DNA of 64,000 nucleotides from an uncultured Candidatus Saccharibacteria bacterium. GTDB lineage: Bacteria > Patescibacteriota > Minisyncoccia > Minisyncoccales > Staskawiczbacteraceae. Position numbers and translations under genes: made by a program. How positions within the stretch are numbered: the first letter of the stretch is position 1; every line of letters starts with the position of its first letter. Location: positions 142-64,141 of the forward strand of contig CAZAAH010000003.1 in the NCBI GenBank assembly GCA_964483475.1, given 5' to 3'. Below the pieces are notes generated by a model. The model did no database searches and had not been told where the DNA came from. It saw nothing but the letters and a program-made list of their open reading frames with translations. Below, piece after piece: positions 37,404-47,290 of the stretch.

Positions 37404-38045
37404 CTACAACCCCGTTATCAGATGGTAAAAAATTTCCATAATTGAACTAATTCCCTGCAAAAATCCAAAGAAAATCAAGAAAATCAAAATGAAAATTCCG
37501 TACTGCTGCAAAAATGTTTTAATCTGTAAAAATCCGTCTGGCACGAAATTAAATAATATCCACGAACCATCCAGCGGAGGCACAGGGATTAAGTTAAACA
37601 GAGCAAGCATTATGTTGGTTTTTATTATGATTTCAAAATAAATTTTTGCTATTGGATAGGCGGTAAAAAAATGATAAGGAATAAATCTCGCAATTATCCC
37701 AAAAAATAAAGCAAGGGCAATATTTGAAAGGGGCCCGGCGGCCGCAACCTTCAAAGATCCCCACTTTTGGTCCCTCAAGTTGTAAGAGTTAACGGGGACC
37801 GGCTTTGCCCAACCAACGATAGGACCAGAAATTCCAGATCTTAAGTAAGAAAAAACCAATATCAAGGGCAACAAAATAGAACCAAAAATATCTAAATGCT
37901 TTAATGGGTTCAAAGTTAACCTGCCAGCATATTTTGCCGTGGGGTCTCCCAGTGAATTAGCAACACTTCCATGAGCCAACTCGTGAATAATAACCGAAAA
38001 AAGCAAAACAACTAAATAAAAAATTGTAATAGTTATGTCAACCAT
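37404..38045 (-). CDS. site-2 protease family (M50) zinc metalloprotease
   Basis: HELAHG motif, multiple TM segments. Confidence 0.75.
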   Translation of the reverse strand: MVDITITIFYLVVLLFSVIIHELAHGSVANSLGDPTAKYAGRLTLNPLKHLDIFGSILLPLILVFSYLRSGISGPIVGWAKPVPVNSYNLRDQKWGSLKVAAAGPLSNIALALFFGIIARFIPYHFFTAYPIAKIYFEIIIKTNIMLALFNLIPVPPLDGSWILFNFVPDGFLQIKTFLQQYGIFILIFLIFFGFLQGISSIMEIFYHLITGL

Positions 38046-38166
38046 TAACTATTTATAACAGGTATTGTAAAATAATGGAAGAACTGATATAAGTGTAGTT
38101 ATAAAGTTTAAAGTTATAAAGTTTATAAAGTCTAAAGAAATTTTTAATTTTAAGGTTTCAATTTTT

Positions 38167-38352
38167 ATGGAAAAAGTTTGTTCTATTTGCGGCAAAAAAT
38201 CAGAGATGGGAGGATATTTGGTAAAACTCCGAGGAAAATTCAACCCAACGAAAAAGAAAAGGAGATACCCAAATCTTCAATGGACTAGGCTTGCTTCTGG
38301 CAAGAGGGTTTTAGCTTGTACAAAGTGTATAAAATCTTTTTCTAAAATATAA
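38167..38352 (+). CDS. rpmB: 50S ribosomal protein L28
   Basis: MEKVCSICGKKSEMGGYL...RYPNLQW. Plus strand. Confidence 0.7.
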   Translation: MEKVCSICGKKSEMGGYLVKLRGKFNPTKKKRRYPNLQWTRLASGKRVLACTKCIKSFSKI

Positions 38353-38355
38353 ATT

Positions 38356-38429
38356 CGGGCTGGAGTATGCCGGTAGTACGCGCCCATGGGGTGGGTGTAG
38401 ACTGGGTTCGATTCCCAGCAGCCCGACCA
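38356..38429 (+). tRNA. tRNA-Pro (anticodon GGG) with encoded CCA
   Basis: Manual fold: acceptor CGGGCTG/CAGCCCG, D-stem GTAT/GTAC, anticodon stem CGCCC/GGGTG with loop ATGGGGT, T-arm CTGGG-TTCGATT-CCCAG, ending ACCA. 74 nt. Confidence 0.7.
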
Positions 38430-38434
38430 AAAAC

Positions 38435-38465
38435 AAAAAAGCGCCAATTGGCGCTTTTTTGTTTT
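38435..38465 (+). terminator. rho-independent terminator after tRNA-Pro
   Basis: AAAAAAGCGCCAATTGGCGCTTTTTT. Confidence 0.65.
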
Positions 38466-38478
38466 TGAAAATTTAAAA

Positions 38479-38865
38479 TTACCCCAAAACGTTTTTAATT
38501 TTTTCAATCACTTGGTCTATATCAAACTGGGATTTTATTAAAAAGTCCTTTGCCCCTAGTTTTAAAGCTCTTTCAATGTCTTCCTGCTGACCCAAATTCG
38601 ACAAAATAATAATTGGAATTGAAGAAACTTTGCTGTCAGCCTTTACTTGCGTCAAAACTTCAAATCCGTCAACATTGGGCAATAATAGGTCAAGCAAAAC
38701 CAAATCTGGATTTTTTTCTTTTACTAATTTAATTCCTTTTTCGCCATCAACCGCTTCCAAAACAGTAAAATCTTCAGATGAAATTTTTTTTCGCAGTAAT
38801 TCCCTAAAAAAATCGTCGTCCTCTATTATTAAAATATTTTTCTTTGCCATAGATTGATTATACAA
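38479..38865 (-). CDS. single-domain response regulator (CheY-like receiver)
   Basis: ILIIEDD...LVLLDLLLP...receiver-domain K (K110 of KDFLIK). Confidence 0.8.
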   Translation of the reverse strand: MYNQSMAKKNILIIEDDDFFRELLRKKISSEDFTVLEAVDGEKGIKLVKEKNPDLVLLDLLLPNVDGFEVLTQVKADSKVSSIPIIILSNLGQQEDIERALKLGAKDFLIKSQFDIDQVIEKIKNVLG

Positions 38866-38889
38866 CTTAAAATTAACTTTGCAATACTC

Positions 38890-39594
38890 TTAATGTCTAA
38901 TTGGTATCTTTATAAAAAATTTACTTCCCTGGTTTTCTTTTGATTCAAACCAAATTTTCCCTTTATGATCCTCCACAATACTTTTGGCGATAAAAAGGCC
39001 TAATCCAGAACCTACTGTTTGCGTTTTTACGGCGTTATCTCCCCTAAAGAACTGGCTAAATAAATTTTTCTTTTGATTTTCTGGAATTCCTATGCCCGAA
39101 TCCTCAACCTTAACCTCCAGATTTTTTTTATCAACCCTAAGAGAAACATTTACCCTTCCACCGTCTGGGGTGTATTTAATGGCGTTGTCTATAATATTCT
39201 GAATTGCTAAATAAATTTTTTCCTTATCCAGCATCACTTTTGGTATTTCCTGGTTGGATTTTACAAAATCAATTTGAATTTTTTTATTTATAATGTCTCC
39301 TTTTTCAAAGTTTATAATGGATTCTATTAAACCTTCAACATCAACCAGTGTTAAATTAATATCTTTTTGGTTTTTTTGATTTTGGGCCATGTGAAGCAAA
39401 TCATCAACCAAACAAATTAATGCCTCGTCTCTTTGCAATATTTTTTCAATAATGTCTTTTTGCTCTTTTGAAATTTGGCCAAAATCCCCTTCCAAAAGCA
39501 TTTGCAATGATAACTTCATGGTGGAAAGCGGTTTTTTTAGCTGGTGAGCCGCCAACGAAAAAAAACTGATTTTTTCTTCCTTGTTTAATTTCAT
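38890..39594 (-). CDS. sensor histidine kinase (cytoplasmic HisKA plus HATPase_c)
   Basis: H-box AAHQLKKPLSTM, then N, G1 and G2 boxes (DSGIGI, GSGLGL). Confidence 0.8.
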   Translation of the reverse strand: MKLNKEEKISFFSLAAHQLKKPLSTMKLSLQMLLEGDFGQISKEQKDIIEKILQRDEALICLVDDLLHMAQNQKNQKDINLTLVDVEGLIESIINFEKGDIINKKIQIDFVKSNQEIPKVMLDKEKIYLAIQNIIDNAIKYTPDGGRVNVSLRVDKKNLEVKVEDSGIGIPENQKKNLFSQFFRGDNAVKTQTVGSGLGLFIAKSIVEDHKGKIWFESKENQGSKFFIKIPIRH

Positions 39595-41219
39595 ATTTCA
39601 AATTTTTTCTTAATGATACCGTTTTTCTGGGCATCGATAATTGAAGACGTGTGAATCAACGAATAAGACCCGTCACTGTTTTTCTTTTCTATTTTAACAT
39701 AATACTTTCCTCTTGGGACCAAGCAATAATATCTTCCGTATTTGTCGGCAATCTTATGGCTGATTTCCACATGAGAAGTTGCTCCAACAATTCTTATAAC
39801 AGCGAAGGAAAGCGGAACACCGGTTGCTTTATCAAATACATAACCAGCCGGCCTTGGTTTCAGCCCCAAAGTCCTCAACAATAATAATACTAAGTATACT
39901 ATAACGATAATGGTATTGTAAGGATGGGGAGCCAAAAAGAAAGCTATTAGAGAAACAAGAAAACCAACAATGAAAGAAGCATCGTAAATCTTTCCCAACA
40001 AAAGATCCCAGCGGGAGTAAAACTTCATAAAAGTTTTATTTTTTTTGGCAAATTCATTCCAATCAAAATGAATAGGATCAAGGGGAATATTTTTAGCTAT
40101 AGTCTCTCCCCTTTCTTTAATTTCTATTTGTTCTCCAAAATAAAGGCTACCATAAAAACCGTCTTCTATTTTACCGCTAATTTTTTTTGAAGGGAATTCA
40201 TAATTTGTTTTTTTGGCTGAAATAAGGTAGGACCCGGGCGCCACCAAAAATCCATATCGGCCATCAATGTCCGTGATCGCCGAAGCAACCTCCTTGCCTC
40301 CCAAACTGCTCAACGTGACATACGCCGGATCCAAGGGTTGTTTGGTAACAGAGTCATACACGATTCCCCATGGCAAGTTTCTTTTTCTGATACCAAGAGC
40401 AGTCAATATACTGCCGAGCAATCTCGTTAAGCTTAGGGTTATGTCATAGAAAGAGGGTAGATAAGTAGCAACGCTTGAAGATGTTGCAATTACAGTAACC
40501 GTCGCTCCCACCGTTGATACTGTCTTAGTTGCTATTGCCCCTTGAGGAGTGTTAATTACTTTTTTTGTTTCTTCAATTGCTATACCAGCCAATTGAACCG
40601 AATTCGCCACGACTTCTGAAACACCGTTGCTCAAAATTTCAACAGCCTTGGTAACTATTTGATATGCATTGCCTCCGATTTCCCTAGTAATTCCTAAAAT
40701 ACCTTCATATCCTTGACTTACTATTTGAGAAAAATTACTGAACACCGTGGTTATTGGATTTGATGGTGGAGCTGGGGGCGGTGGTGGTGTCTCGGGTGGC
40801 GGAGGAGGTGGTATTGGCGGAGGAGGCGGTGGAATTTGAATAGCAGAAACTACAAATGGCAAGGAGCTTGATGTCCCCCCTCCAGGAGAAGGATTGGTTA
40901 CGCCAATAGAATATGTCCCTTCATTCTTAAAATCAAAAGAAGTAAGTGAAGCCGAAATCTGGGTTTTTGAAATAAAAGTTGTCCCTCTTGGCGAACCATT
41001 GAAATTTACCACAGAATCTGAAATAAAGTTGTCTCCCTTGACCGTCAACGACAATCCCTGATCTCCAACCGTGCCGCTTGACGGGGTTATCGCCGTGATG
41101 ACCGGCAAGGGATTGTAGACCGTGAAGGTAAAGCTGTTTGAGTCGCTCGACTGGGCCGAGGCTACTGTGGAAAAAAGACAGAAAAATAATGTGAGGAAAA
41201 TAAAAAATATTTTTTTCAT
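39591..41219 (-). CDS. surface protein: signal peptide, IPT/TIG-like domain, poly-Pro linker, C-terminal multi-TM region with carboxypeptidase-regulatory-like repeats
   Basis: Start set at MKKIFFIFLTLFFCLFSTVASA. IPPPPPPIPPPPPPETPPPPPAPP. Repeats GRYGFLVAPGSYLISAKK and GRYYCLVPRGKYYVKIEKK. Confidence 0.55.
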   Translation of the reverse strand: MKKIFFIFLTLFFCLFSTVASAQSSDSNSFTFTVYNPLPVITAITPSSGTVGDQGLSLTVKGDNFISDSVVNFNGSPRGTTFISKTQISASLTSFDFKNEGTYSIGVTNPSPGGGTSSSLPFVVSAIQIPPPPPPIPPPPPPETPPPPPAPPSNPITTVFSNFSQIVSQGYEGILGITREIGGNAYQIVTKAVEILSNGVSEVVANSVQLAGIAIEETKKVINTPQGAIATKTVSTVGATVTVIATSSSVATYLPSFYDITLSLTRLLGSILTALGIRKRNLPWGIVYDSVTKQPLDPAYVTLSSLGGKEVASAITDIDGRYGFLVAPGSYLISAKKTNYEFPSKKISGKIEDGFYGSLYFGEQIEIKERGETIAKNIPLDPIHFDWNEFAKKNKTFMKFYSRWDLLLGKIYDASFIVGFLVSLIAFFLAPHPYNTIIVIVYLVLLLLRTLGLKPRPAGYVFDKATGVPLSFAVIRIVGATSHVEISHKIADKYGRYYCLVPRGKYYVKIEKKNSDGSYSLIHTSSIIDAQKNGIIKKKFEI

Positions 41220-41247
41220 AGTTTCAGGCTTTGCTCTTTTTACCATA

Positions 41248-44200
41248 TCAGTTACCGCTGACTTTGACATCAAACAAGCCAGCCTTTTTCAAGTCGGCGG
41301 CCAAAATCAAAGTCGTTAATTGGGTTGAGGAAACGTAATTTGTTTTGTAGAGCAGATTATTGAAGTAAATGACCGACCGGCTGGTAAAGTTGGAGCCATT
41401 AACCGTCAAAAGCGTATCAGGGCTGCCAATGGGAACTTGTGGTGGAGATATATTTGATATTATAGGCGGAGGCAGCTTAACGTTTTTCATAGCACAATAT
41501 GAAATTCTGTCCGCACTAACAACAATTGAAGAGCATCCGCTGATTGTATTTTGCCAACCCAAAGGGACGATTTCACTCACTGAATAAGTTCCAGGAATGA
41601 CGTTTTGAGTATTGGTACCTGAACCGTTTTGGGTAGTTATAGAAAAATCGTTGTAGCCAGTTCCGGTGGCCTTGAAGTTAAAAGTGTAATCTCCACCAAC
41701 AGCTATTTTATTAACTACAATTGTACCAGTTTTAACGGTCGTCACAGAACAATTTGAAGTTTTGTTTGAAGAAACAGTAACCGATGAGCATGTGTCGCTC
41801 GTCTTTTGCCAGCCAGAAGGGACAATTTCACTTGCCGAATATGTTCCAGGAAGGACACTTTGCGTATTTGAGCCCGATCCATTTTTAGTAGTAATAGAAA
41901 AATCGTTGTAGCCAGTTCCGGTGGCTTTGAAGTTAAAAGTGTAGTCTCCGCCGACGGATATTTGGGTAACAGTGATGTTGCCAGTTTTTTGTGACTGTGG
42001 TGGCGGTGGTGGCGGACTTGATCCTCCTCCCCCTCCGCCCCCTCCTCCTCCACCACCGCCGCAGTTAGACGGCGACCTAAATAACCAACCGCTATTGCCA
42101 GATACATTTGAAGAGTTGCACCCCGCATACCATGCGGCCCCTCCCGAAGCCGCCGAATCTTTCAGGGAAAGAAAATCAGATGAAACGGTTCCCGAAGATT
42201 TTGATAGCGTGGCGGCCGTACTGCTGGAAGAAGAATTAATAGTGATAATATTGCCCGATGTCCCGATGGCCGTGAAAGCCCCGGTAAAGGTTTGGGTGCT
42301 AGAGCTGGTAAAGGTCACGGTTTTGGGATTGTTGATGGTAAAGTTGCTAAAGGTGTTGCTCCCCTGGATGATGATGGCCCCAGACCCCCCGCCAGTAATT
42401 GATAGGTCATTATATGTTTTACCGCCCCCGCTAAATGTTTTGCTCGATGAAGACGTGTCGGTGATTTGAATGGTTGAAGTACCGGCGTTAAAAGTTCCCG
42501 AATTGGAAAAAATGGTGCCGGTACCAGAAAGCGTGAGGGTCCTGGAGTTAGCATCTAGGGTTCCAGCGGTGATGGTTAGATTGCTATTGACGGTGGTGTT
42601 GGCTGATAAGGTATAGGTTTCGCTGGCGTTGTTGAGGGTCAGGTTATTGTAGGTAACATTGGCAATGGTGGTGTTTCCCGATCCGTTGTCGCCCGTGTAA
42701 GAGACAGTACCCGTTGAGGCGGTAAGGGTTCCTTTTGAATTAATAACAAGAGGGGTGCCAGTAGTTCCCGATAAGGTTATTGTATAGCTTGATCCGCTGA
42801 ACGTCTGGGTGTTAACGCCCGATGAGGGTCCTACGGTTAATACATTGGTTACTGTCGTATTACCTCCAAGGGTATAGGTTCTGCCACCGGTTTGAGTGGT
42901 GGCGTTTCCAGCCTGTAAGTTATAATAGGTAGTCCCTAACATAGTAACCGTAGCACCGTCACCCGTGTAATTTACCGTTGAAGTGGATGAAGTAAATGTT
43001 CCATTGTTTATGAAAGGGGTGCCTACACCCGATAACGTGAGTGTTTGTGAACCCGCCGAGAAGTTACCATTGGTAATAGTGAGACTCGTGCCAATGGTAG
43101 TTGCATCCTGCAATGTCCAGCCTCCCCCGACACCATTGAAAGTCAGGTTATTGAATGAGCTACCTCCTGTGGTGATAGTTTTTCCTGTGGTTGTGGCGTT
43201 GAAAGTAACGGTGTTTCCCCCCGCGGTAAAGGTTCCCGAGTTAGACCAGTTTGACGAGGCAGTAATATTATAATTAGAACTGGAAACATCCAGTGTGGTG
43301 CCAGTTCCGATGGTTACGTTTCCCGTTATTGCAATGTTTGTGCCCAGGGTCATAACCGCTGTTCCGCTTAGCGTCAGATTGCCGCCGATGGTTGTCAAAA
43401 CATTTCCCGAAGTTGAAGCAGAGCTGGACATGGTAAAGTCGTTGGTGGTGGTGATACTGGTCATGGTCTTGGCTCCGCTCCCGCTCAAAGTCAAATTAGA
43501 ATAGGTATGAAGAGTGCCGCCGTTTGGATCTTTTACGGTCAGCGCTCCGTTGGCCGTGTAGTTGACGGTGTTGGTGGCCGTGGAAGCTGAAAAAGTTCCG
43601 GCTCCCGAGAAAGGAGTGGTTGAACCAAGGCTCAATGTTGAACCGTTGCCTTGGGCCCAGTTACCAGTAAGAGTCAGAGTGCCGGTCACGGTGACCGTGC
43701 CACCAGTATAGTTGTTGGTGGTGGTTCCGCTGGAAATTGCCAGGGCTCCCCCAAAGGTGATGCCGCCAGTCCCAGCCCCAGCTAAATTTCCAACAAGGGT
43801 GTTTGAGCCGTTGTTTCCGAGGTTGGCAAGATTGGAACTTGATTGGGTAAGACCAGTGCCTATGGAAACCGCGGGATTTTGGCCCGACATATCAAAGGTG
43901 CCGCCGGAGTTTACGGTTACCGCTCCGGTAAATGTTTTGGTTCCTGTTGCCGAAGTAGCCGTGTTAATAGTCCCTGAAATAGAGGTAGTGCCCGTCGTCG
44001 TGAAAGCAAATCCCGCCATGCTTAAGGTGCCGGCCGTAATTACAAGATTATTACTCACCGTTGTGGCGTCTTGAGGGGTATAAGTTCCGCTGCTTCCGTT
44101 AATAGTTAGATTATAAAAAGATGAACCGCCCGAGGTTATTTTAGCGCTAGCAGAAGTTGAGGCAAGGGTGACCGTGGTGGTTGCTGCGGTAAATGTTCCT

Positions 44201-45513
44201 GCGTTTTTGTAGTTTCCGCCAACGCTAATAGCTGAAGATCCTCCGGGAGCATAGGTTTGGCTGGCGGCAATATACAGATTTTTTCCCGATGCCAGCGTTG
44301 TCGTGGTGCTGTTGCTGGCAGAATAAATAGAGGTGATGCCGCTGTCGGCGTTGTTGTCTGACGTATCCATGTTTGCTCCCGTAAATGATCCCCCGTTGTC
44401 GCTCCTGACCACCAAATCATTCTGGTAAATATCAACACTAGTCATATTGGATCCCGTGCCCGTGGTTACCGTAGCCCCAACCTCCGTGTTGCCCTGAAGG
44501 TAAATGGTTAAGACATCTCCGGCGTTAATGGTTAAACCGCTGATGCTGTAGGTTCCACCAGCGCCGGTTGTAGTGCTTCCGACAGCCGCTGCCCCGTTAA
44601 TAGAAACCTTTACGGTTTTTCCAGAACCCATGGTGGTGACGCCCTCGTCAGTGTAAGCAGTTCCAGAAACAGAAACGGTTGTTGATGAAGCTTTAAACGT
44701 TGCTATGGCTCCCTCCCAACTGTTAGTGGGACCACCACTGTCAGTAACGGTAGCGCCCGTTGAATACGTGCCCGTGGCAGAAACGATTCTGTCGAGAAAG
44801 GCCGCAAAAATAGATGTAGAATAACTGTTTTCAATGGTAAAGCTATTAGTGGGAGAGCTAAACGTATCGGTGGTAGTTCCCAATCCTCCAATAAGCAATT
44901 CATTGGCCTGGGTGGTGGCGGCGGTAGTTCCTGTTGAAGGAGAGGTGCTATCACCAGAATTGGTTGCCGTCTTATCAAGGGAAGAAGAGGTAGCAACGCC
45001 GCTGTACTCGGCAACGATGACACTGAGGCCGGCATCGGCATCGGTTGTAAAGTTTCCGGTGCTTGATTGGGAAGCGGCGTTCTCCTTATAAAAAATTGAA
45101 AGTCTCCTGATGCTCATAACTCCGGTGCCGCCACCATTGATAGTAGTGGCTTGAGTCCAACCGGTAGGCGCCGTAATATTGTCGGTGCCAGCTCCCGAAG
45201 CATCGTCCTCGGCACTAGCTACCGCTATAAGAATGTTTCCTGCAGTGGTAGATGACGTCCATGTTACCGAAACAGTCGCATTTGCCACTGATGACTGGTT
45301 CTTTGCTGTTTGAACCAGCGAAATCGCGCCATGGGCAACACGAGGAGGAGGGACAAACAAAAACAAGCTGGCAAAAACAGCTATGATAAGGAAAAAAGAA
45401 AGCAGCGCCCTCAAAGAAGAATACTTTCTGAAGGAACTTTTCCTGTTTTGAACCTTTACCGAGCAACTTTCCGATTCTATAAATCTAATTTTTATGACTT
45501 GTTTTTTTCGCAT
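41248..45513 (-). CDS. giant (1421 aa) Thr/Ser/Gly-rich surface protein, beta-helix-like repeats, Gly13-Pro7 linker, two tandem about-85-aa domains and a C-terminal IPT/TIG-like domain
   Basis: N-terminal anchor, long T/S/G/N-rich repeats (TLSGTGT.. pattern), GGGGGGGGGGGGGSSPPPPPPQ. C-terminal domain similar to the N-terminal domain of the neighbouring 560-aa protein. Confidence 0.65.
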   Translation of the reverse strand: MRKKQVIKIRFIESESCSVKVQNRKSSFRKYSSLRALLSFFLIIAVFASLFLFVPPPRVAHGAISLVQTAKNQSSVANATVSVTWTSSTTAGNILIAVASAEDDASGAGTDNITAPTGWTQATTINGGGTGVMSIRRLSIFYKENAASQSSTGNFTTDADAGLSVIVAEYSGVATSSSLDKTATNSGDSTSPSTGTTAATTQANELLIGGLGTTTDTFSSPTNSFTIENSYSTSIFAAFLDRIVSATGTYSTGATVTDSGGPTNSWEGAIATFKASSTTVSVSGTAYTDEGVTTMGSGKTVKVSINGAAAVGSTTTGAGGTYSISGLTINAGDVLTIYLQGNTEVGATVTTGTGSNMTSVDIYQNDLVVRSDNGGSFTGANMDTSDNNADSGITSIYSASNSTTTTLASGKNLYIAASQTYAPGGSSAISVGGNYKNAGTFTAATTTVTLASTSASAKITSGGSSFYNLTINGSSGTYTPQDATTVSNNLVITAGTLSMAGFAFTTTGTTSISGTINTATSATGTKTFTGAVTVNSGGTFDMSGQNPAVSIGTGLTQSSSNLANLGNNGSNTLVGNLAGAGTGGITFGGALAISSGTTTNNYTGGTVTVTGTLTLTGNWAQGNGSTLSLGSTTPFSGAGTFSASTATNTVNYTANGALTVKDPNGGTLHTYSNLTLSGSGAKTMTSITTTNDFTMSSSASTSGNVLTTIGGNLTLSGTAVMTLGTNIAITGNVTIGTGTTLDVSSSNYNITASSNWSNSGTFTAGGNTVTFNATTTGKTITTGGSSFNNLTFNGVGGGWTLQDATTIGTSLTITNGNFSAGSQTLTLSGVGTPFINNGTFTSSTSTVNYTGDGATVTMLGTTYYNLQAGNATTQTGGRTYTLGGNTTVTNVLTVGPSSGVNTQTFSGSSYTITLSGTTGTPLVINSKGTLTASTGTVSYTGDNGSGNTTIANVTYNNLTLNNASETYTLSANTTVNSNLTITAGTLDANSRTLTLSGTGTIFSNSGTFNAGTSTIQITDTSSSSKTFSGGGKTYNDLSITGGGSGAIIIQGSNTFSNFTINNPKTVTFTSSSTQTFTGAFTAIGTSGNIITINSSSSSTAATLSKSSGTVSSDFLSLKDSAASGGAAWYAGCNSSNVSGNSGWLFRSPSNCGGGGGGGGGGGGGSSPPPPPPQSQKTGNITVTQISVGGDYTFNFKATGTGYNDFSITTKNGSGSNTQSVLPGTYSASEIVPSGWQKTSDTCSSVTVSSNKTSNCSVTTVKTGTIVVNKIAVGGDYTFNFKATGTGYNDFSITTQNGSGTNTQNVIPGTYSVSEIVPLGWQNTISGCSSIVVSADRISYCAMKNVKLPPPIISNISPPQVPIGSPDTLLTVNGSNFTSRSVIYFNNLLYKTNYVSSTQLTTLILAADLKKAGLFDVKVSGN
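41540..42000. repeat. tandem duplication of about 230 bp inside the giant gene (two copies near-identical at the DNA level)
   Basis: GTAGCCAGTTCCGGTGGC[C/T]TTGAAGTTAAAAGTGTA[A/G]TCTCC... appears twice, about 240 bp apart. Confidence 0.6.
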
Positions 45514-45618
45514 TATGCAAAGAAAATGAGAAGTTATATTCCCTTTAAATTTCTTTTATATTTCTTAATTTTAACAACTTAAAAAATTATCAACAAGTGG
45601 ATAACTGAATATTTTTAT

Positions 45619-45656
45619 AGCTCAAAAAAACACCTGTACGGGTGTTTTTTTGAGCT
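45619..45656. terminator. bidirectional terminator palindrome AGCTCAAAAAAACACC-TGTACG-GGTGTTTTTTTGAGCT
   Basis: Read directly. Confidence 0.6.
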
Positions 45657-45816
45657 CTGGTATGCAGATTTCTATTAAAATCTACGTGGGTGTCCTCAAG
45701 TTCCGACCACGGCCGGAATAAATATTGGACTCCCTTAAAAAAAGCTAATATAGAATCTTATTTTCCCAGAGCTGACTTTATTTTAATCCTTTAAAAAATC
45801 TTGTCAAATCGTGGGC

Positions 45817-46890
45817 TTATATCTTCAAAACTTTTACCAACTGCTTTATCAAGGAGACAACGACCGGAGGCGGCATCAAGCTGTTGGAAGTAACTCCCTG
45901 GTCATCCTTAAACTCCCACGGTTTCTCCTGCACCTGAACCTTTTTGCTCTCTTGGTCATATGAGTAAGTATATTCGGGCGTAATTTCATAATCGTCAAAA
46001 TTATCTTTTACCTTTTCAACCGGTATTGAATTTCTTAACAATATTTTAGAAATACCGTGCATTTCGTAAACTTTTTCCATCAAATTTCCTTCTTTTTCTA
46101 ATCGTTCGCGAATCGACTCAATGCCCATTTCGTCTCCTTCCTTCATTACCATTTTGGCTTCTGTACAACTTGGATTATCACAAAGCAAGTAAAATTTATT
46201 TTCAGCTACATTATATTCAACTTTTTGAGTTGCCAAAAGTTTTGTGTTTCTTGAGTTATTACATATAGGACAAATGACTCTATATTTTATTCTTTCATCT
46301 ATGACACTCATAGGGACATCAATGAGAACAAAAATATCAGGGTCATTCCTATAATCAATAAGATTTTTGAAGAATAATGAGTACGAGACTTGATCAAAAT
46401 CTCGTGGGAAGCCATCAATGAATATAGCTTTTTTGCCAAGCTTGGAAATTTCTCTCTCGGTTAGGACTAGTATCAGCTCTGTGGGCAAAAGCACCTTAGT
46501 TGACCTGCCCTCCATTGATTTTATGATATCACCAATTGAAACTGGCCCTCTGTAATTTTTGTGTAAAAAATCTATCAATTCTTTTTTCTTGCTTTCATCT
46601 TTTAATACTTCATCAAAAGACCTTATCATGTCTCCAATGGAAAAGTGTTCTATTCTTTCCGGCGCTATAATTTCTTTGAACATTTTTGAATATACTCCCT
46701 TCCCTGAATTTTTTTTACCCAAAAGATACACTATAAAGGTATTTTTTTTAAAGTACTCCTGTAATTTTTTTATTTCTTCCCCAGCTTTGTATTCAAAATA
46801 CTCCTGCCTTTGCTTGGCATCCGTTAAATCAAATTTTTTATCTTTTCCTTCAATTTTCGTTTTGAAAATTGGAAAATCTATATTTTTCAT
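45817..46890 (-). CDS. adenylate-kinase-family nucleoside monophosphate kinase paralog (357 aa) with Zn-lid and long C-terminal extension
   Basis: P-loop LLGKKNSGKG, IDGFPRDFDQ, lid RVICPICNN...C..C. Distinct from adk at 19857. Confidence 0.55.
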   Translation of the reverse strand: MKNIDFPIFKTKIEGKDKKFDLTDAKQRQEYFEYKAGEEIKKLQEYFKKNTFIVYLLGKKNSGKGVYSKMFKEIIAPERIEHFSIGDMIRSFDEVLKDESKKKELIDFLHKNYRGPVSIGDIIKSMEGRSTKVLLPTELILVLTEREISKLGKKAIFIDGFPRDFDQVSYSLFFKNLIDYRNDPDIFVLIDVPMSVIDERIKYRVICPICNNSRNTKLLATQKVEYNVAENKFYLLCDNPSCTEAKMVMKEGDEMGIESIRERLEKEGNLMEKVYEMHGISKILLRNSIPVEKVKDNFDDYEITPEYTYSYDQESKKVQVQEKPWEFKDDQGVTSNSLMPPPVVVSLIKQLVKVLKI

Positions 46891-46908
46891 GTTTTAAAAA
46901 CTAAGCAA

Positions 46909-46932
46909 AAATGCGATGGTCATCGCATTTTC
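46909..46932 (-). terminator. rho-independent terminator downstream of the SWIB gene
   Basis: AAATGCGATGGTCATCGCATTTT. Confidence 0.55.
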
Positions 46933-46951
46933 GCTCAACCCCAAATGAGTT

Positions 46952-47209
46952 TTACGATAGATGTTTTGAAACTAATTTGGTCATTTCAAACATATTGACC
47001 GTTTTCTTTCCATTAAACACTTCTTTGAGCTTATCATCTGCATTGATGTTCCTTCTGTTTTTGCTATCTTGAAGTCCGTTTTTCTTTATATAAGCCCACA
47101 GTTTTTTTACCACTTGAGACCTTGGCATTGGGCCCTTTCCCACCACAGCTTCCAAATCAGCTGTAAGTTTTAACGGCTTCATGAAAGCTGAATTTGCTTT
47201 TCTTGCCAT
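46952..47209 (-). CDS. SWIB/MDM2-domain protein
   Basis: LEAVVGKGPMPRSQVVKKLWAYIKKNGLQD...NMFEMTKLVSKHL. Confidence 0.8.
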   Translation of the reverse strand: MARKANSAFMKPLKLTADLEAVVGKGPMPRSQVVKKLWAYIKKNGLQDSKNRRNINADDKLKEVFNGKKTVNMFEMTKLVSKHLS

Positions 47210-47290
47210 AATTTGAGAACCTAGAATTTAGAAAATAGAATCTAGAATACGAAATTCTATTTTCTACTTTCTATTTTCTACTTTCTAATT

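Noticed and set aside
38277-38507. 76-aa minus-strand ORF
   Set aside because: It overlaps tRNA-Pro, its terminator and the rpmB 3' end on the opposite strand. No start context.
41972-42469. 165-aa Pro-rich plus-strand ORF, and other antisense ORFs inside the giant gene (42983-44074, 44136-45041)
   Set aside because: They are reverse-complement artefacts of the Gly/Thr/Ser-rich repeats of the 1421-aa gene (poly-Gly codons read as poly-Pro on the other strand).
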